A stretch of 64,000 nt of DNA, taken from assembly GCA_964291625.2 (NCBI GenBank), contig OZ220090.1:224001-288000 (forward strand), read 5' to 3'. Every line of letters starts with the position of its first letter. Positions within the stretch are counted from its first letter, which is position 1. Below, one piece after another: positions 47,199-57,900 of the stretch. The notes under the pieces were generated by a model. It was given only the letters and a program-made list of their open reading frames with translations. It had not been told where the DNA came from and ran no database searches. Both the position numbers and the translations under genes were made by a program. The stretch is from Candidatus Latescibacterota bacterium (GTDB taxonomy: Bacteria; Latescibacterota; UBA2968; UBA8231).

Positions 47199-48758
47199 AT
47201 GCTCCTGGCCCTGACCCGGAAAGAGCTGCTCGCCAACCTGCTCACGGCGCGGCTGGCGCTGATCCTGGTCTTCGCGGTGCTCCTCTGCGGGCTGGCGGCC
47301 CTGGCGGGCAGCCTCGACTTCTCCCAGCGGGTGAAGGACTACGAGGAGGAGGTGCGGCGGGTCGAGCAGGATCTCGAGGAGGCGACGATCTACGCCGAGG
47401 TCCGGCCCCACGTCGTCGGCCCGCCTGAGCCGCTGTCGATCTTCAGCCGCGGCGTCGACAAGGGCGCCGGCCAGCGCCTGAGCATCCAGGTGAGCTGGAT
47501 CAGCGCCAGCCTGGGCCGCCTCGGCAGCGCCGACAACCGGCTGATGAAGCGGTTCGTCGAGATCGACTTCGCCACCGTCGTGCGCCTGCTCCTGAGCTTC
47601 ATGGCCGTCATCCTCGGCTTCGACGCCATCTGCGGCGACCGCGAGCGGGGCACCCTGCGCCTGATGCTGGCCAATCCCGTCTCCCGGGGCGCCGTCGTGG
47701 GCGGCAAGCTGCTGGGGGGCGCCCTCTCCCTGTGCGGCTCCATGGGCGTGGCCTTCCTCTTCGCCCTGCTCATCCTCTCCTTCAACCCGGACGTGGCCTT
47801 CTCCGGCGCCGAGTGGGTGCGGCTGGCCCTGCTCCTCGGCGTCAGCTGTCTCTTCCTGGTGCAGGTCTTCGCCATGAGCCTGGCCGTCTCCACCTTCGTG
47901 CGCGGCTCGGCCACCTCCCTCATGCTCTGCCTCTTCGGCTGGCTGACCCTGAACCTGGGCTACGGCAACGTGCTGCCGTCCCTGAGCCGCTACGGCGTTC
48001 AGGAGCACACCTTCCAGGACTTCCTCGACCAGAACCGCCAGGTGCGGGCCGAGGTCGACCGGGAGATCCGGGAGTGGCAGGAGAAGAACCCCCCTCCTCC
48101 CGAGATCTACCTGCGCGACATCACCACCGGCGCCCGCAGCCGTTACGGGCATTCGCGCGCTTACGAGTGGCGGCAGCGCCGCAACGCCTATGCCCTGGAG
48201 CAGCACCTGGACGCCTCGCGCCGGATCAACCAGTTCCAGCAGGCCAACTACGCGCCCCTGGCGCGCGAGGCGACCCTGGTCGACGACTGGTCGATTCTCT
48301 CGCCCTTCACCAACTACCAGGTCCTCACCAAGCAGCTGGCCCGCACGACGCTGGCTCACAAGTTCCAGCTGCGCGAGGCCGGCTACCGCTACCGGGCCAC
48401 CTTCATCGACTTCCTGCGCGGGCGGGAGGCGTTCGGGAGCCGCCGCTGGTTCACCGACGATCCGCCCGGGCAGGAGCCCCTGCTGCCCGACCCGGAGGCC
48501 CTGACGCCGGAGGATCTGGCCGCCGACAGCCCCTTCATGAAGGAGCGCATGGCCTGGGTCAAACAGCAGGAGGCGATCGCCGCCCGGCAGGGGCGTGGGC
48601 CGGACCTGTCCGACCTGCCGGCCTTCGACCCGGGCTGGCGCGAGCCCCTGTCGGCGACCCTGCGAAAGATGACGCCGGGTCTGCTGGTGACGGTGCTGAC
48701 CACGGCGGCGGCGGTGATGCTCGCCGTCCTCCGCTTCCTCCGCTACGACCCGAGCTGA
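47199..48758 (+). CDS. ABC-2 type transporter permease, copy 2
   Basis: Same length (1560 nt) and largely identical to copy 1. Confidence 0.9.
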   Translation: MLLALTRKELLANLLTARLALILVFAVLLCGLAALAGSLDFSQRVKDYEEEVRRVEQDLEEATIYAEVRPHVVGPPEPLSIFSRGVDKGAGQRLSIQVSWISASLGRLGSADNRLMKRFVEIDFATVVRLLLSFMAVILGFDAICGDRERGTLRLMLANPVSRGAVVGGKLLGGALSLCGSMGVAFLFALLILSFNPDVAFSGAEWVRLALLLGVSCLFLVQVFAMSLAVSTFVRGSATSLMLCLFGWLTLNLGYGNVLPSLSRYGVQEHTFQDFLDQNRQVRAEVDREIREWQEKNPPPPEIYLRDITTGARSRYGHSRAYEWRQRRNAYALEQHLDASRRINQFQQANYAPLAREATLVDDWSILSPFTNYQVLTKQLARTTLAHKFQLREAGYRYRATFIDFLRGREAFGSRRWFTDDPPGQEPLLPDPEALTPEDLAADSPFMKERMAWVKQQEAIAARQGRGPDLSDLPAFDPGWREPLSATLRKMTPGLLVTVLTTAAAVMLAVLRFLRYDPS

Positions 48759-48765
48759 GGGCCCC

Positions 48766-50163
48766 ATGCTCGAGATCTACCTCCACCAGCTCCACGATCA
48801 CCTGAAGTCGCTGCGCTTCCAGCTCAGCCTGGTCCTGCTCGTCGCCTTCTTCGCCGCCAACGGCCTGGTCTACGGCTGGAAGGCGGAGCGCCTTGTCGAC
48901 GAGGTCGGCCGCGTCGAGGCCGAGAGCGCCCGGCGTTTCGACGGGGTGTCCGACCTGGGCGGGCTGCTGCGCACCTCGTACCGCATCCACATGCGGCCCC
49001 TGGAGACCGGCTTCATGGTCGAGGGAGGGGAGGACTGGAGCTCCGACACGGTCTACCTCGACATCGAGTCCGGAGACGGGATCGCCCGCACCGGCCGGGT
49101 GGTGGCGGTCAACCACTGGATGGACCGCTTCGAGATCGTCGACTGGGCCCTGATCGTGCGCATCGCCGTCTCCTTCCTGGCCATCGCCCTGGCCTACGAC
49201 ACCCTCTCCGGCGAGCGCGAGCGCGGCACCCTGGCGCTGCTGCTGATCCACCCGATCTCCCGGGCCCGGATCGTCGCCGCCAAGCTGGGGGCCCACCTGA
49301 GCGCGCTGCTGGCCGCGGTCCTCGTGGGCGCGGTCCTGAGCCTCGTCATCCTGACGCTGCAGGGCGGGGTGCAACCCGGCCTCCCGCTCCTGGCCCCCCT
49401 GGCCCTGTTCCTGCTGGGCACCCTCTGCTACGCCGCCTTCTTCCTGCTGGTGGCCATGGCCGTCTCGGCCCGGGCCCGCACCTCGGCTTCGGCCCTGGTG
49501 ACGCTCATGGTGATCTGGGCGGCCCTGGTGGTGGTCATCCCCCAGGCCGCCTACCTCGCCGGCGCAAGGGCCGTGGCCGCGCCCGACTGGAACCAGGTGT
49601 GGGACTACTGGGGCGAGGTCCGGGACAACCTGAACCTGGAGGGCCTGAACCCGAGGGGGCGCGAGGAAGGGGCCGCCGACGACTACGCCGTCGAGCGCGA
49701 GGTCGCCCGGCGCCTCGACGAGGCCGAGAAGGAGCAGCGCCAGCTCTACGAGGAAGCCCGCCTGCGCGAGGTCCGCCAGTTCGAGGTCACCCAGGGGCTG
49801 TCCCTGATCTCTCCGGGCTACGCCTTCCAGGGCACGGCCGAGGCCCTCCTCGGCACCGGCCTGGTGCGCTACCGGGCCTTCGTCAAGGCGGCCAAGGAGT
49901 ACGTGCGCACCCTGCGCACCTACGTCCGCGACCTCGACGCCGCCGACGGGGACTCTCCCCACATCCTCTACCTGCCCGACTACGTCTCCGAGAGGCCCCT
50001 CGACCACCGCGACATCCCCCGCTTCGGGGGCGTGCGGGTCTCCCTGGCGTCCGCCGTGGCCGGCAGCTACCTGCCGATCTGCATCCTGCTGCTGGAGACG
50101 GCCGCCGCCTTCCTGATCTGCCTCTGGGCCTTCCGGCGCGCTCCCGTGGTGGACCGGGAGTGA
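48766..50163 (+). CDS. ABC-2 type transporter permease (partner subunit)
   Basis: YDTLSGERERGTLALLLIHPISR..AK and multiple TMs. Confidence 0.88.
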   Translation: MLEIYLHQLHDHLKSLRFQLSLVLLVAFFAANGLVYGWKAERLVDEVGRVEAESARRFDGVSDLGGLLRTSYRIHMRPLETGFMVEGGEDWSSDTVYLDIESGDGIARTGRVVAVNHWMDRFEIVDWALIVRIAVSFLAIALAYDTLSGERERGTLALLLIHPISRARIVAAKLGAHLSALLAAVLVGAVLSLVILTLQGGVQPGLPLLAPLALFLLGTLCYAAFFLLVAMAVSARARTSASALVTLMVIWAALVVVIPQAAYLAGARAVAAPDWNQVWDYWGEVRDNLNLEGLNPRGREEGAADDYAVEREVARRLDEAEKEQRQLYEEARLREVRQFEVTQGLSLISPGYAFQGTAEALLGTGLVRYRAFVKAAKEYVRTLRTYVRDLDAADGDSPHILYLPDYVSERPLDHRDIPRFGGVRVSLASAVAGSYLPICILLLETAAAFLICLWAFRRAPVVDRE

Positions 50164-50232
50164 GATCCGGACCCTCGGCCCCAGGATACCGCTGACCACC
50201 GTGCATCCGACCGCAAGAGAGAGGAGAAGTCC

Positions 50233-51237
50233 ATGCTGACCGTCGGCCCAGGGCCCGACCCCTACTTCGCCTACAAGATCCACCACGTCGACCGGGCCCG
50301 GACCGCCTGGGTCCTCTCCGAGGAGTTCGGTCTCTACGAAGCGCTGCGGGACGGACCGGCGACGCCCGCGCAGGTCGGCCGGCGGATCGGCCTGCAGGAG
50401 AGGCCCGCGGCCGTGCTCCTTGCGGCCAACGCCTGTCTGGGCATTCTGGGCGTAGAGGACGACCGGTACTACATCTTCGACGTGATGCGCGAGATGGTCC
50501 TGGAGGGAGGCCGGGCCCGCACCGTGCCCCGGGCCCCGGACCCGGAGGACTGGTGGTACCGGATCATGAAGCAGGCGCTGCAGACCAACGCGACCGTGCC
50601 CGAGGCTCTGCCGGACTGGCTGACCAACCCCAAGGGCGACGAGGACACCACGGCGTTCGCCCCGGACCGGCACGGCTGGCGCCTCCTGTGGGGCCACTCG
50701 CTGGCCGAGGCCGTCGACTTCCGCCCCTACCGCACGGTGGCGGACCTGGGCGGGGCTACGGGCGGCGTGCTGGTGGGCCTGACCGAGCGCTGCCCGCACC
50801 TGCAGGGCATCGTCCTCGACCTGCCCTTCAGCCGCAAGACCGCCGAGGCGGCGATCCGCCAGAGCCAGGCGCAGGAGCGGGTCCGCTTCCACGGCGCGGA
50901 CTTCTTCCGCGATCCCTTCCCGGCGGGGGTCGACGTGTTCTACATGTCCCACGTGATCCACGACTGGGACGACGAACACTGCATCCGGCTGCTGCGCCGG
51001 TGTCACGAGGCGTTGCCCGCCGGTTCGCCGGTGCTGGTGCAGGAGTACCTCCTCAACGACGACAAGACCGCCGGTCTGATCGCCGTCTTTCAGTGGTTCG
51101 GTCTGATGTACGGGACGATCGGGGACCAGCGCACCGGTCCGGAGATCGAGGCGCTCATGGCCGAGGCCGGCTTCGGCGAGACCGAGTGCCGCCCCCTCGA
51201 CCACGAGCAGGGGATCGTCATCGGCTGGAAGCGATAG
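50233..51237 (+). CDS. O-methyltransferase (Methyltransf_2 with dimerisation domain)
   Basis: DLGGATG, LDLP, GADFF and SHVIHDWDD. Confidence 0.9.
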   Translation: MLTVGPGPDPYFAYKIHHVDRARTAWVLSEEFGLYEALRDGPATPAQVGRRIGLQERPAAVLLAANACLGILGVEDDRYYIFDVMREMVLEGGRARTVPRAPDPEDWWYRIMKQALQTNATVPEALPDWLTNPKGDEDTTAFAPDRHGWRLLWGHSLAEAVDFRPYRTVADLGGATGGVLVGLTERCPHLQGIVLDLPFSRKTAEAAIRQSQAQERVRFHGADFFRDPFPAGVDVFYMSHVIHDWDDEHCIRLLRRCHEALPAGSPVLVQEYLLNDDKTAGLIAVFQWFGLMYGTIGDQRTGPEIEALMAEAGFGETECRPLDHEQGIVIGWKR

Positions 51238-51247
51238 GTCCGGACCG

Positions 51248-52252
51248 GTGATACGGATCGAGGGACTCACCAAGCGGTTCAGGAGGAACGTGGGCGACCC
51301 CGCCCTCTGGCGCAGGATCGTCGGGCGCTACGAGACCGTGCCGGTCGTCGCCATCGACGCCCTCGATCTGCGCGTCGACCAGGGCCAGTTCTTCAGCCTC
51401 CTGGGGCCCAACGGGGCCGGCAAGACCAGCACCGTCCGGGTCCTGTGCACGCTGCTGCTTCCGGACGAGGGCAGCTGCCGGGTCGCCGGCTTCGACGTGG
51501 CCACCCAGCAGCGGGAGGTGCGCCGCAACATCGGCGTGTCGATCCGGGGGGAGCGCAGCGTCTACTGGAAGATCACCGGCCGTCAGAACCTGCGGTACTT
51601 CGCCGGCCTCTACGGGATGCGCGGGCAGGAGGTGTCGCGCCGGATCGGGGAGGTGACGGAGCTGGTGGGCCTGACCGGGCGCATCGACGACTACGTGGAG
51701 CGCTACTCCATGGGCATGAAGCAGCGGCTGGCCATCGCCGTGTCGCTGCTGCACCGGCCGCCGGTGCTGCTCCTCGACGAACCGACGATCGGTCTGGACC
51801 CCAACGGCGCCAGGGCCCTGCGCGGCCTGTTGCGCGGCCTCTGCAAGGAAGAGGGCGTGACCATCTTCTACACGACCCACTACCTCCACGAGGCCGAGGA
51901 ACTGTCGGATCGCCTGGCGATCATCCACGAGGGCCGGAAGGTCCTCGAGGGATCCCCCGACGAGGTGCGCAGCGCCCTGGGCGACAACCGCATCGTCGAG
52001 GTGCAGCTGGCGCCCGGCGCCGAGACCTCGGTGGACTCGCTGCGGAACCACGCCATGGTGGAGAAGGTGATCTCGGAGAGCCGCCAGCCGACGGTGACCA
52101 CCGTGCGCCTGGAGATGCGGGAGGCGGTCGGCTCGGTGGTCGAGCTGGCCGCCATCGAAGGGTTGACCGCCAGCCGGGTCCTGGGCATGAACCTCGTGCG
52201 GCCGACCCTCGAGGACGTCTTCGCATCGGTGACCGGGGAGGCCAGCCGGTGA
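51248..52252 (+). CDS. ABC transporter ATP-binding protein
   Basis: GPNGAGKT, YSMGMKQR, LLLDEPT and TTH. Confidence 0.95.
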   Translation: MIRIEGLTKRFRRNVGDPALWRRIVGRYETVPVVAIDALDLRVDQGQFFSLLGPNGAGKTSTVRVLCTLLLPDEGSCRVAGFDVATQQREVRRNIGVSIRGERSVYWKITGRQNLRYFAGLYGMRGQEVSRRIGEVTELVGLTGRIDDYVERYSMGMKQRLAIAVSLLHRPPVLLLDEPTIGLDPNGARALRGLLRGLCKEEGVTIFYTTHYLHEAEELSDRLAIIHEGRKVLEGSPDEVRSALGDNRIVEVQLAPGAETSVDSLRNHAMVEKVISESRQPTVTTVRLEMREAVGSVVELAAIEGLTASRVLGMNLVRPTLEDVFASVTGEASR

Positions 52253-53112
52253 GCGGGGATCGCCACGCCCTGCCCGGCCGCGTCTCGTGGTATCTCCACG
52301 ACGCGGCCGCCACCGCGCAGCGCATGGTGCTGCGGATGCGGCGCTATCCCAGCTGGCTCCTCAATCTGGGACTCGGTCCAATCCTGATGATCCTGCCCTT
52401 CGTCTTTCTCGGTGAGACGCTCGTGGGCGAGGAGGGATCGCTGTCGGGATCGGCCTTCGGCGACTACGACTACACGGGGTACGTCGGCTACCTGGCCGTG
52501 CCCCTGATCGCCGTGGCCCTGTCGAACACGGTCTTCAGCTGGCTCGGGAATCTGCTGAGAATGGAGCGCCGCGCGGGCACCCTCGAGCGCGTGCTGGTGT
52601 CGGCGCGGTTCCCGTCCGCTCTCTTCCTGGGCACCGCCCTCGGCCACCTGTTCTACATGGGGCTCTTCGTGGCCGCCACCGTCCTGCTGCTGCAGATCTG
52701 GATCCCTCTCGACTTCCACATCGCCTGGGCGTCGGCGGCGGCGGCCATCTTCCTCCACCTGGCGGTCACCTACGGGCTCGCCTTCGCCCTGTCCAGCGCC
52801 CTGCTGCGGATCGCCGACAGCTGGGCGGTTCAGCTGGTGATCTCGAAAGGCGTTCTGGCGCTCCTGTCGGGCGCCACCTTCCCCATCGCGATCTATCCCG
52901 AGTGGCTGCAGACGATCGCCCGCATGGTGCCCTTCACCTGGGCCTTCGATCTCGAGCGCCGGTCCCTGCTGCGGGCGGAGCCCTTCGGCGAGATGGCGCC
53001 GGACCTGGCGGTGCTGGCCGGCATGACCGTGCTCTGCTGGGTCGCCGGCTTCGTCTTCCTGGGCCGGGAGCTGAACGCCGCGCGCCGGACCGGCGTCCTG
53101 GGGAGCTTCTGA
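52249..53112 (+). CDS. ABC-2 transporter permease
   Basis: ERRAGTLE, SGATFPI..YPEWLQ and about six TMs. Confidence 0.9.
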   Translation: MSGDRHALPGRVSWYLHDAAATAQRMVLRMRRYPSWLLNLGLGPILMILPFVFLGETLVGEEGSLSGSAFGDYDYTGYVGYLAVPLIAVALSNTVFSWLGNLLRMERRAGTLERVLVSARFPSALFLGTALGHLFYMGLFVAATVLLLQIWIPLDFHIAWASAAAAIFLHLAVTYGLAFALSSALLRIADSWAVQLVISKGVLALLSGATFPIAIYPEWLQTIARMVPFTWAFDLERRSLLRAEPFGEMAPDLAVLAGMTVLCWVAGFVFLGRELNAARRTGVLGSF

Positions 53113-53113
53113 A

Positions 53114-53992
53114 GTGCCCGCGGCCATCCTCTCTTCCGCAGGCGCGCGACAGGAGCTCCGCGCCCTCTTCCTGGCGACCCTGCACCAGCTCCTGGTCGAG
53201 AGCCGCTACCGCGTCAAGTTCACCATCGATCTCCTCGGCCATCTCCTGGCGACGCTGCCCATCATCCTCACGGCCTGGGCCTTCTCCGACGGCCGCGCTT
53301 CCGAACGGCTGGCGGAGCTCACCGGCCTGCCGGATCAGTTCACCTTCATGATGCTCGGCCTGGTCGCCTTCACGGCCCTGGGCATCGGCAACATGGTCCT
53401 CCTCGAGACCCACGTCGCCGGCGGCCTGGCCACCGAGATGATGACCGGCACCCTGGAGCGGCTGTTCACCATGCCCGTCCATCGCCTCAGCCTGGTCCTG
53501 GGGATCGGCCTCTACTACCTGGTCCTGTTCTGCTGGCAGTCGATCACCCTCTTCGCCGGGGCGGCCCTGCTCGTCGGGTTCGAGCCCGCGCTGACCGCCA
53601 CCGGTCTGCTCCAGGCGGGGCTGGCCCTGGCCCTGCTGCTGGCGCTGAACCTGTTCCTGGGAATCGCGGCGGCCGGCCTCGTCATGGCCTTCAAGGACCA
53701 CACCGTCTCCGTCCTGCTATTTCACCGCCCCATGGCCATGGTGAGCGGCGCCTACTTCCTTGTCGAGCTGATCCCGAATCCCTTCAAGTGGCTGGCCTGG
53801 GCGAACCCCGTCGCCTACGCCATCGACCTCTTCCGCGGCACCCTCACCGGAACGACGCTCCTGGCCCCATCGGTGGAGGCGGGGATGGCCATCGTCGCCG
53901 GCATGGTGGCGGGCGTCGGCCTCGTCTCCGTGCTCCTCTTCCGCCGCATGATCGTCAGGCTCGAACGGACGGGCTCGCTGGCCCTGTTCTGA
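53114..53992 (+). CDS. ABC-2 transporter permease
   Basis: EMMTGTLE, SGAYF and NPVAYAIDLFR. Confidence 0.9.
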   Translation: MPAAILSSAGARQELRALFLATLHQLLVESRYRVKFTIDLLGHLLATLPIILTAWAFSDGRASERLAELTGLPDQFTFMMLGLVAFTALGIGNMVLLETHVAGGLATEMMTGTLERLFTMPVHRLSLVLGIGLYYLVLFCWQSITLFAGAALLVGFEPALTATGLLQAGLALALLLALNLFLGIAAAGLVMAFKDHTVSVLLFHRPMAMVSGAYFLVELIPNPFKWLAWANPVAYAIDLFRGTLTGTTLLAPSVEAGMAIVAGMVAGVGLVSVLLFRRMIVRLERTGSLALF

Positions 53993-54009
53993 GATCGGAC
54001 CGCGACGGA

Positions 54010-54417
54010 GTGACGGCACTCCATCACCTGAGACTCAACGTCTCCGACCTCTCCCGTTCGAGAGCCTTCTACGGGCCCATGCTGCGGTGGCTCGGATTTC
54101 ACGAGCTCGATCCACACTCGGCGGCGGACGGAGGCGTCGATCGTTACAGGTGGGAGAATGAGGGCTTCGTCTTCCTGTTGAGTCAGGCAGAATCAAGATC
54201 AAGGCACGACCGAACTGCCGTGGGCCTGCACCATCTGGCGTTTGCCGTGCCCAGTCGCGGCCATGTGGACGGCTTCTACCGGGAGATACTCCTCGAGCTC
54301 CCCGATGCGGTGATCGAGGATCCCCCGGTGGACTGTCCCGAGTACAGGGCCGGCTACTACGCCACGTACTTTCTCGACCCTGACGGGATCAAGCTGGAAG
54401 TCGCCTATACCCCGTGA
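54010..54417 (+). CDS. VOC family protein
   Basis: LHHLRLNVSDLSRSRAFY, GLHHLAF and YFLDPDGIKLE. Confidence 0.9.
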   Translation: MTALHHLRLNVSDLSRSRAFYGPMLRWLGFHELDPHSAADGGVDRYRWENEGFVFLLSQAESRSRHDRTAVGLHHLAFAVPSRGHVDGFYREILLELPDAVIEDPPVDCPEYRAGYYATYFLDPDGIKLEVAYTP

Positions 54418-54431
54418 AGCGTGAGGTCTCC

Positions 54432-54776
54432 ATGAGCATCAAGCGGTATCCCGGAAAGGCGGTAGGCCGAAGCGAGTCGGTCGAGCATGGTGGCATCGTC
54501 TACACCGCCGTCATTGCGCCCGACTTGTCGTTGGACCTCAAGGGTCAGACCGAGCAGGCTCTGGAGCAGCTGGACAGGAACCTCGCCGAGGCCGGGACCG
54601 ATCGGACCCGCCTGCTCTCCGTGACCGTCTACCTGACCGACATCGCGAAGAAGCCGGTTCTCAATCAGGTGTGGGACGCCTGGATCGGTGGGGAGAACTG
54701 GCCGCAACGAGCCTGCGTGCAGGTCAGGCTCGAAGGCGATACCGAGGTCGAGATCGTCGCCGTGGCGGCGAAGTAG
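54432..54776 (+). CDS. RidA/YjgF family protein (YoaB-like)
   Basis: QTEQAL, VYLTDI, NQVWDAW, PQRACV and VEIVAVA. Confidence 0.9.
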   Translation: MSIKRYPGKAVGRSESVEHGGIVYTAVIAPDLSLDLKGQTEQALEQLDRNLAEAGTDRTRLLSVTVYLTDIAKKPVLNQVWDAWIGGENWPQRACVQVRLEGDTEVEIVAVAAK

Positions 54777-54966
54777 CGGCGGGACCAGAGAGAGGGGAGG
54801 GCTCCGAACCTCCGACGGTTGCTCCGGCCGCCCGGCCGCCGCACCTTCCCCTGCATGTGCCGCTTAGGCGCCGCAGGGTCCAAGCCCCGGGGTGCGCAGC
54901 AGATGCGCCTGGCGAACGGCGTGTGCGCCTTCGTGGCGGAGTCGCCCTGAACACGGGGTCTGCACC

Positions 54967-57900
54967 GTGCGGACTCGAGCAATCGCCCTGACTCTCCTCC
55001 TGTCGACTCAGTCCGCCACGGGGGCCCCCTTGCCCCTGGGCTACTGGCTGCTGGTTCAGCCGGACGGAACCAGCTTTACGGTGCGCAAATGGGCGGACGA
55101 ATTCGGGCGCTACCAGGCAGCCCTGGAAGACCACGGGTATGTAGTCCAGGATTCGAGCACCGGGTACCACTACTACGCCCGCTACCACTACGATGAATCC
55201 CGGCACCGTCTGGTCAGGACCCCGACCTCGCTGCGCGTCGGCCGCGACGATGCTTCCGGCGACAGGAGGCGAGTCGAATCCGCAAACCTGTCGGCATTCG
55301 GGGCAATACGCTGGAGAAGCTGGCATGGGAGTGAGGCCGGCGAGGGGCTGGGAACAGGCCAGGATCCCGCCGAGTCGTGCGCCAACGGTCTCGCCGTGCC
55401 GGATCCGGAAACCAACGGTGGCCTGCTGAAGGACTGCGAAGCGCTCCTGGCCGCAGCCGATACCCTCGCCGGGGCCAGGCCCTTCACCTTGAACTGGGGC
55501 CCGGACATACCGGTCAGCGAGTGGACAGGAGTCACGGTAAGCCATGGACGGGTCACGGGGTTGGACCTGCGGGGCTGGTACCTGATGGGTTCGATTCCGC
55601 CCGAGTTGGCCCGACTGGGGGAGTTGAAGGAGTTGTCCCTCGGCTACAACGCGCTGACCGGTGCGATTCCGCCCGAGTTGGGTGAGTTGCCCCACCTGGA
55701 GAGCCTGTCCCTCAACCGCAACGCCTTGAGCGGTGAGATTCCCCCGGAGCTGGCTCGACTGACACGCCTCAGGACGCTGGACCTCGAACTCAACGCGCTG
55801 ACCGGATCGATTCCGCCCGAGTTGGGTCGGCTCAAAGAGCTGAAGTGGCTTCTCCTCGGATACAATGAGCTGACCGGTGAGATCCCGGAGGAGTTGGGCA
55901 AACTCGTCGGCCTGGAAGGTCTGCTTCTCAACGACAACGATCTGACCAGTCCCATACCTCCCGAGCTCGGCCAGTTGGTCGGCCTGGAAAGACTGGCCCT
56001 CCATGGCAACGCCCTGTCGGGGCGGATACCCCAGGAGTTGGGGGGACTGACTCACCTGAAGCGGTTGCTGCTCAACGACAACTCTCTGACGGGGTCGATC
56101 CCGAGGACGTTGGGCGAATTGACAGGACTGGTGAAGCTGAGTCTGGACTCCAACCAGCTCACCGGTGCGATTCCCCCGGAACTGGGCCGGCTCGTCGAGC
56201 TGGAAGAGCTGTGGCTCGGTGACAATTCGCTCTCCGGCTCGATTCCCCCGGACTTGGGCGCGTTGATGCGGCTCAGGGGATTCAGCCTTCACAACAACAT
56301 GGTTTCGGGATCGGTTCCCTCCTGGCTGGCTCAACTCGAAGATCTCCAAGTGCTCATCCTCGGCCACAACGCGCTGGCCGGCGGGATCCCACCGGAGCTG
56401 GGCGAGCTGGCCCATCTGAAGGGCCTGTGTCTGCAGGGAAATGAGCTGACGGGTGCGATTCCGTCCATGCTGGGCCAGTTGACAGGCTTGGGGGACTTGT
56501 CTCTGGAGGACAACGCTCTGACGGGGCCGATTCCGCCCGAGTTGGGAAGACTGACGCTGCTGCGGTCCTTGGATCTGTCGGGCAACGCGTTGACAGGGCC
56601 GATTCCACGGGAACTGGGCCAGTTGCAGGGGCTCTGGCAGATGGACCTCCGCAACAACGGGCTGACTGGCACGGTACCATCCGATCTGGGCTGGTTGGCA
56701 CACCTCAAGGATGTCTGGCTTGGCGGCAACGCATTGACGGGATGCGTACCGGTGGGATTGGCCAAGTGGATCGACGAGTTGCCGGTCTGTCCGGAAGATC
56801 CGGAACTGTGTGGCAATGGCATCGCTGTGCCGGACCCGGCGGAGAATCCCGGTCTGGTGGCCGATTGCGAGGTGCTTCTGGCGCTACGCGATTGGTTTGC
56901 CGGTTCGAAGGCTCTCAGTTGGAGCGGGTACCTGCCAATCCATGAGTGGGAAGGTGTCAGGCTCGACGACTCTCGCGTCACGGAGTTGAAGCTCGGTGGC
57001 AGGGGAGTGACCGGCCCCATCCCCTCCGAATTGAGCGAGTTGACACAACTCAGGAGCCTGGCCCTGCCGCGCAACAAGCTGACCGATCCAATACCGCCCG
57101 AGTTGGGTGAGTTGATCCACCTGAAGGAGCTGTCCCTCCACGTCAACGCATTGAGCGGTGAGATGCCCCTGGAGCTGGCTGAACTCACCCAACTCGAGGA
57201 GTTGTCCCTCTCTTCCAACGAGTTGGTCGGATCGATACCGTCGGAACTGGGTCGATTGACAGAACTGGGGGTTTTGTACCTCAGCGACAACCAGCTGACA
57301 GGATCCATCCCGGCAGAGCTGGGGGAACTGACTCAGCTGAGGAGGCTGTACCTCCGGGAGAACCAGTTGACGGGTCGGATTCCGGAAGAGTTGGGCGAAT
57401 TGGTCCAGGTCAGCGTACTCGACCTCTCCAGCAACCGGCTGGCCGGGACGATTCCTCCGGAGATGGGCCAGTTGAGGAAGCTCAAGGTCCTGCATCTGCA
57501 GAAGAATCAGCTCGCGGGATCGATCCCGTCGGAGTTGGGCCATTTGACAGAGCTTCGGGAGTTGTACCTCAGCGATAACCAGCTGACAGGGCCCATCCCG
57601 GCAGAGCTGGGGGAACTGGCTCAGTTGAGGTGGTTCCACCTTCAGGACAACCGGTTGACTGGGTCGATCCCTTCGGAGTTTGGCGGGTTGATGGGGCTCG
57701 AGAATCTGCACCTCAGCGGCAACCAGTTGACGGGGCCGATCCCCCCGGAGTTGGGCCAATTGACGGGGCTCTATCGGTTGCAGCTCGAGGAAAACAGCTT
57801 GACGGGCCGGATTCCTCCGGAGTTGGGCGGGTTGACGAGGCTCTGGGAGTTGCACCTGCATGGCAATCTGCTGACCGGTCCAATCCCGGCCGAACTGGCA

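Noticed and set aside
54777-54966. Possible riboswitch upstream of the LRR gene
   Set aside because: GC-rich pairing is possible, but I recognised no conserved aptamer motif or terminator.
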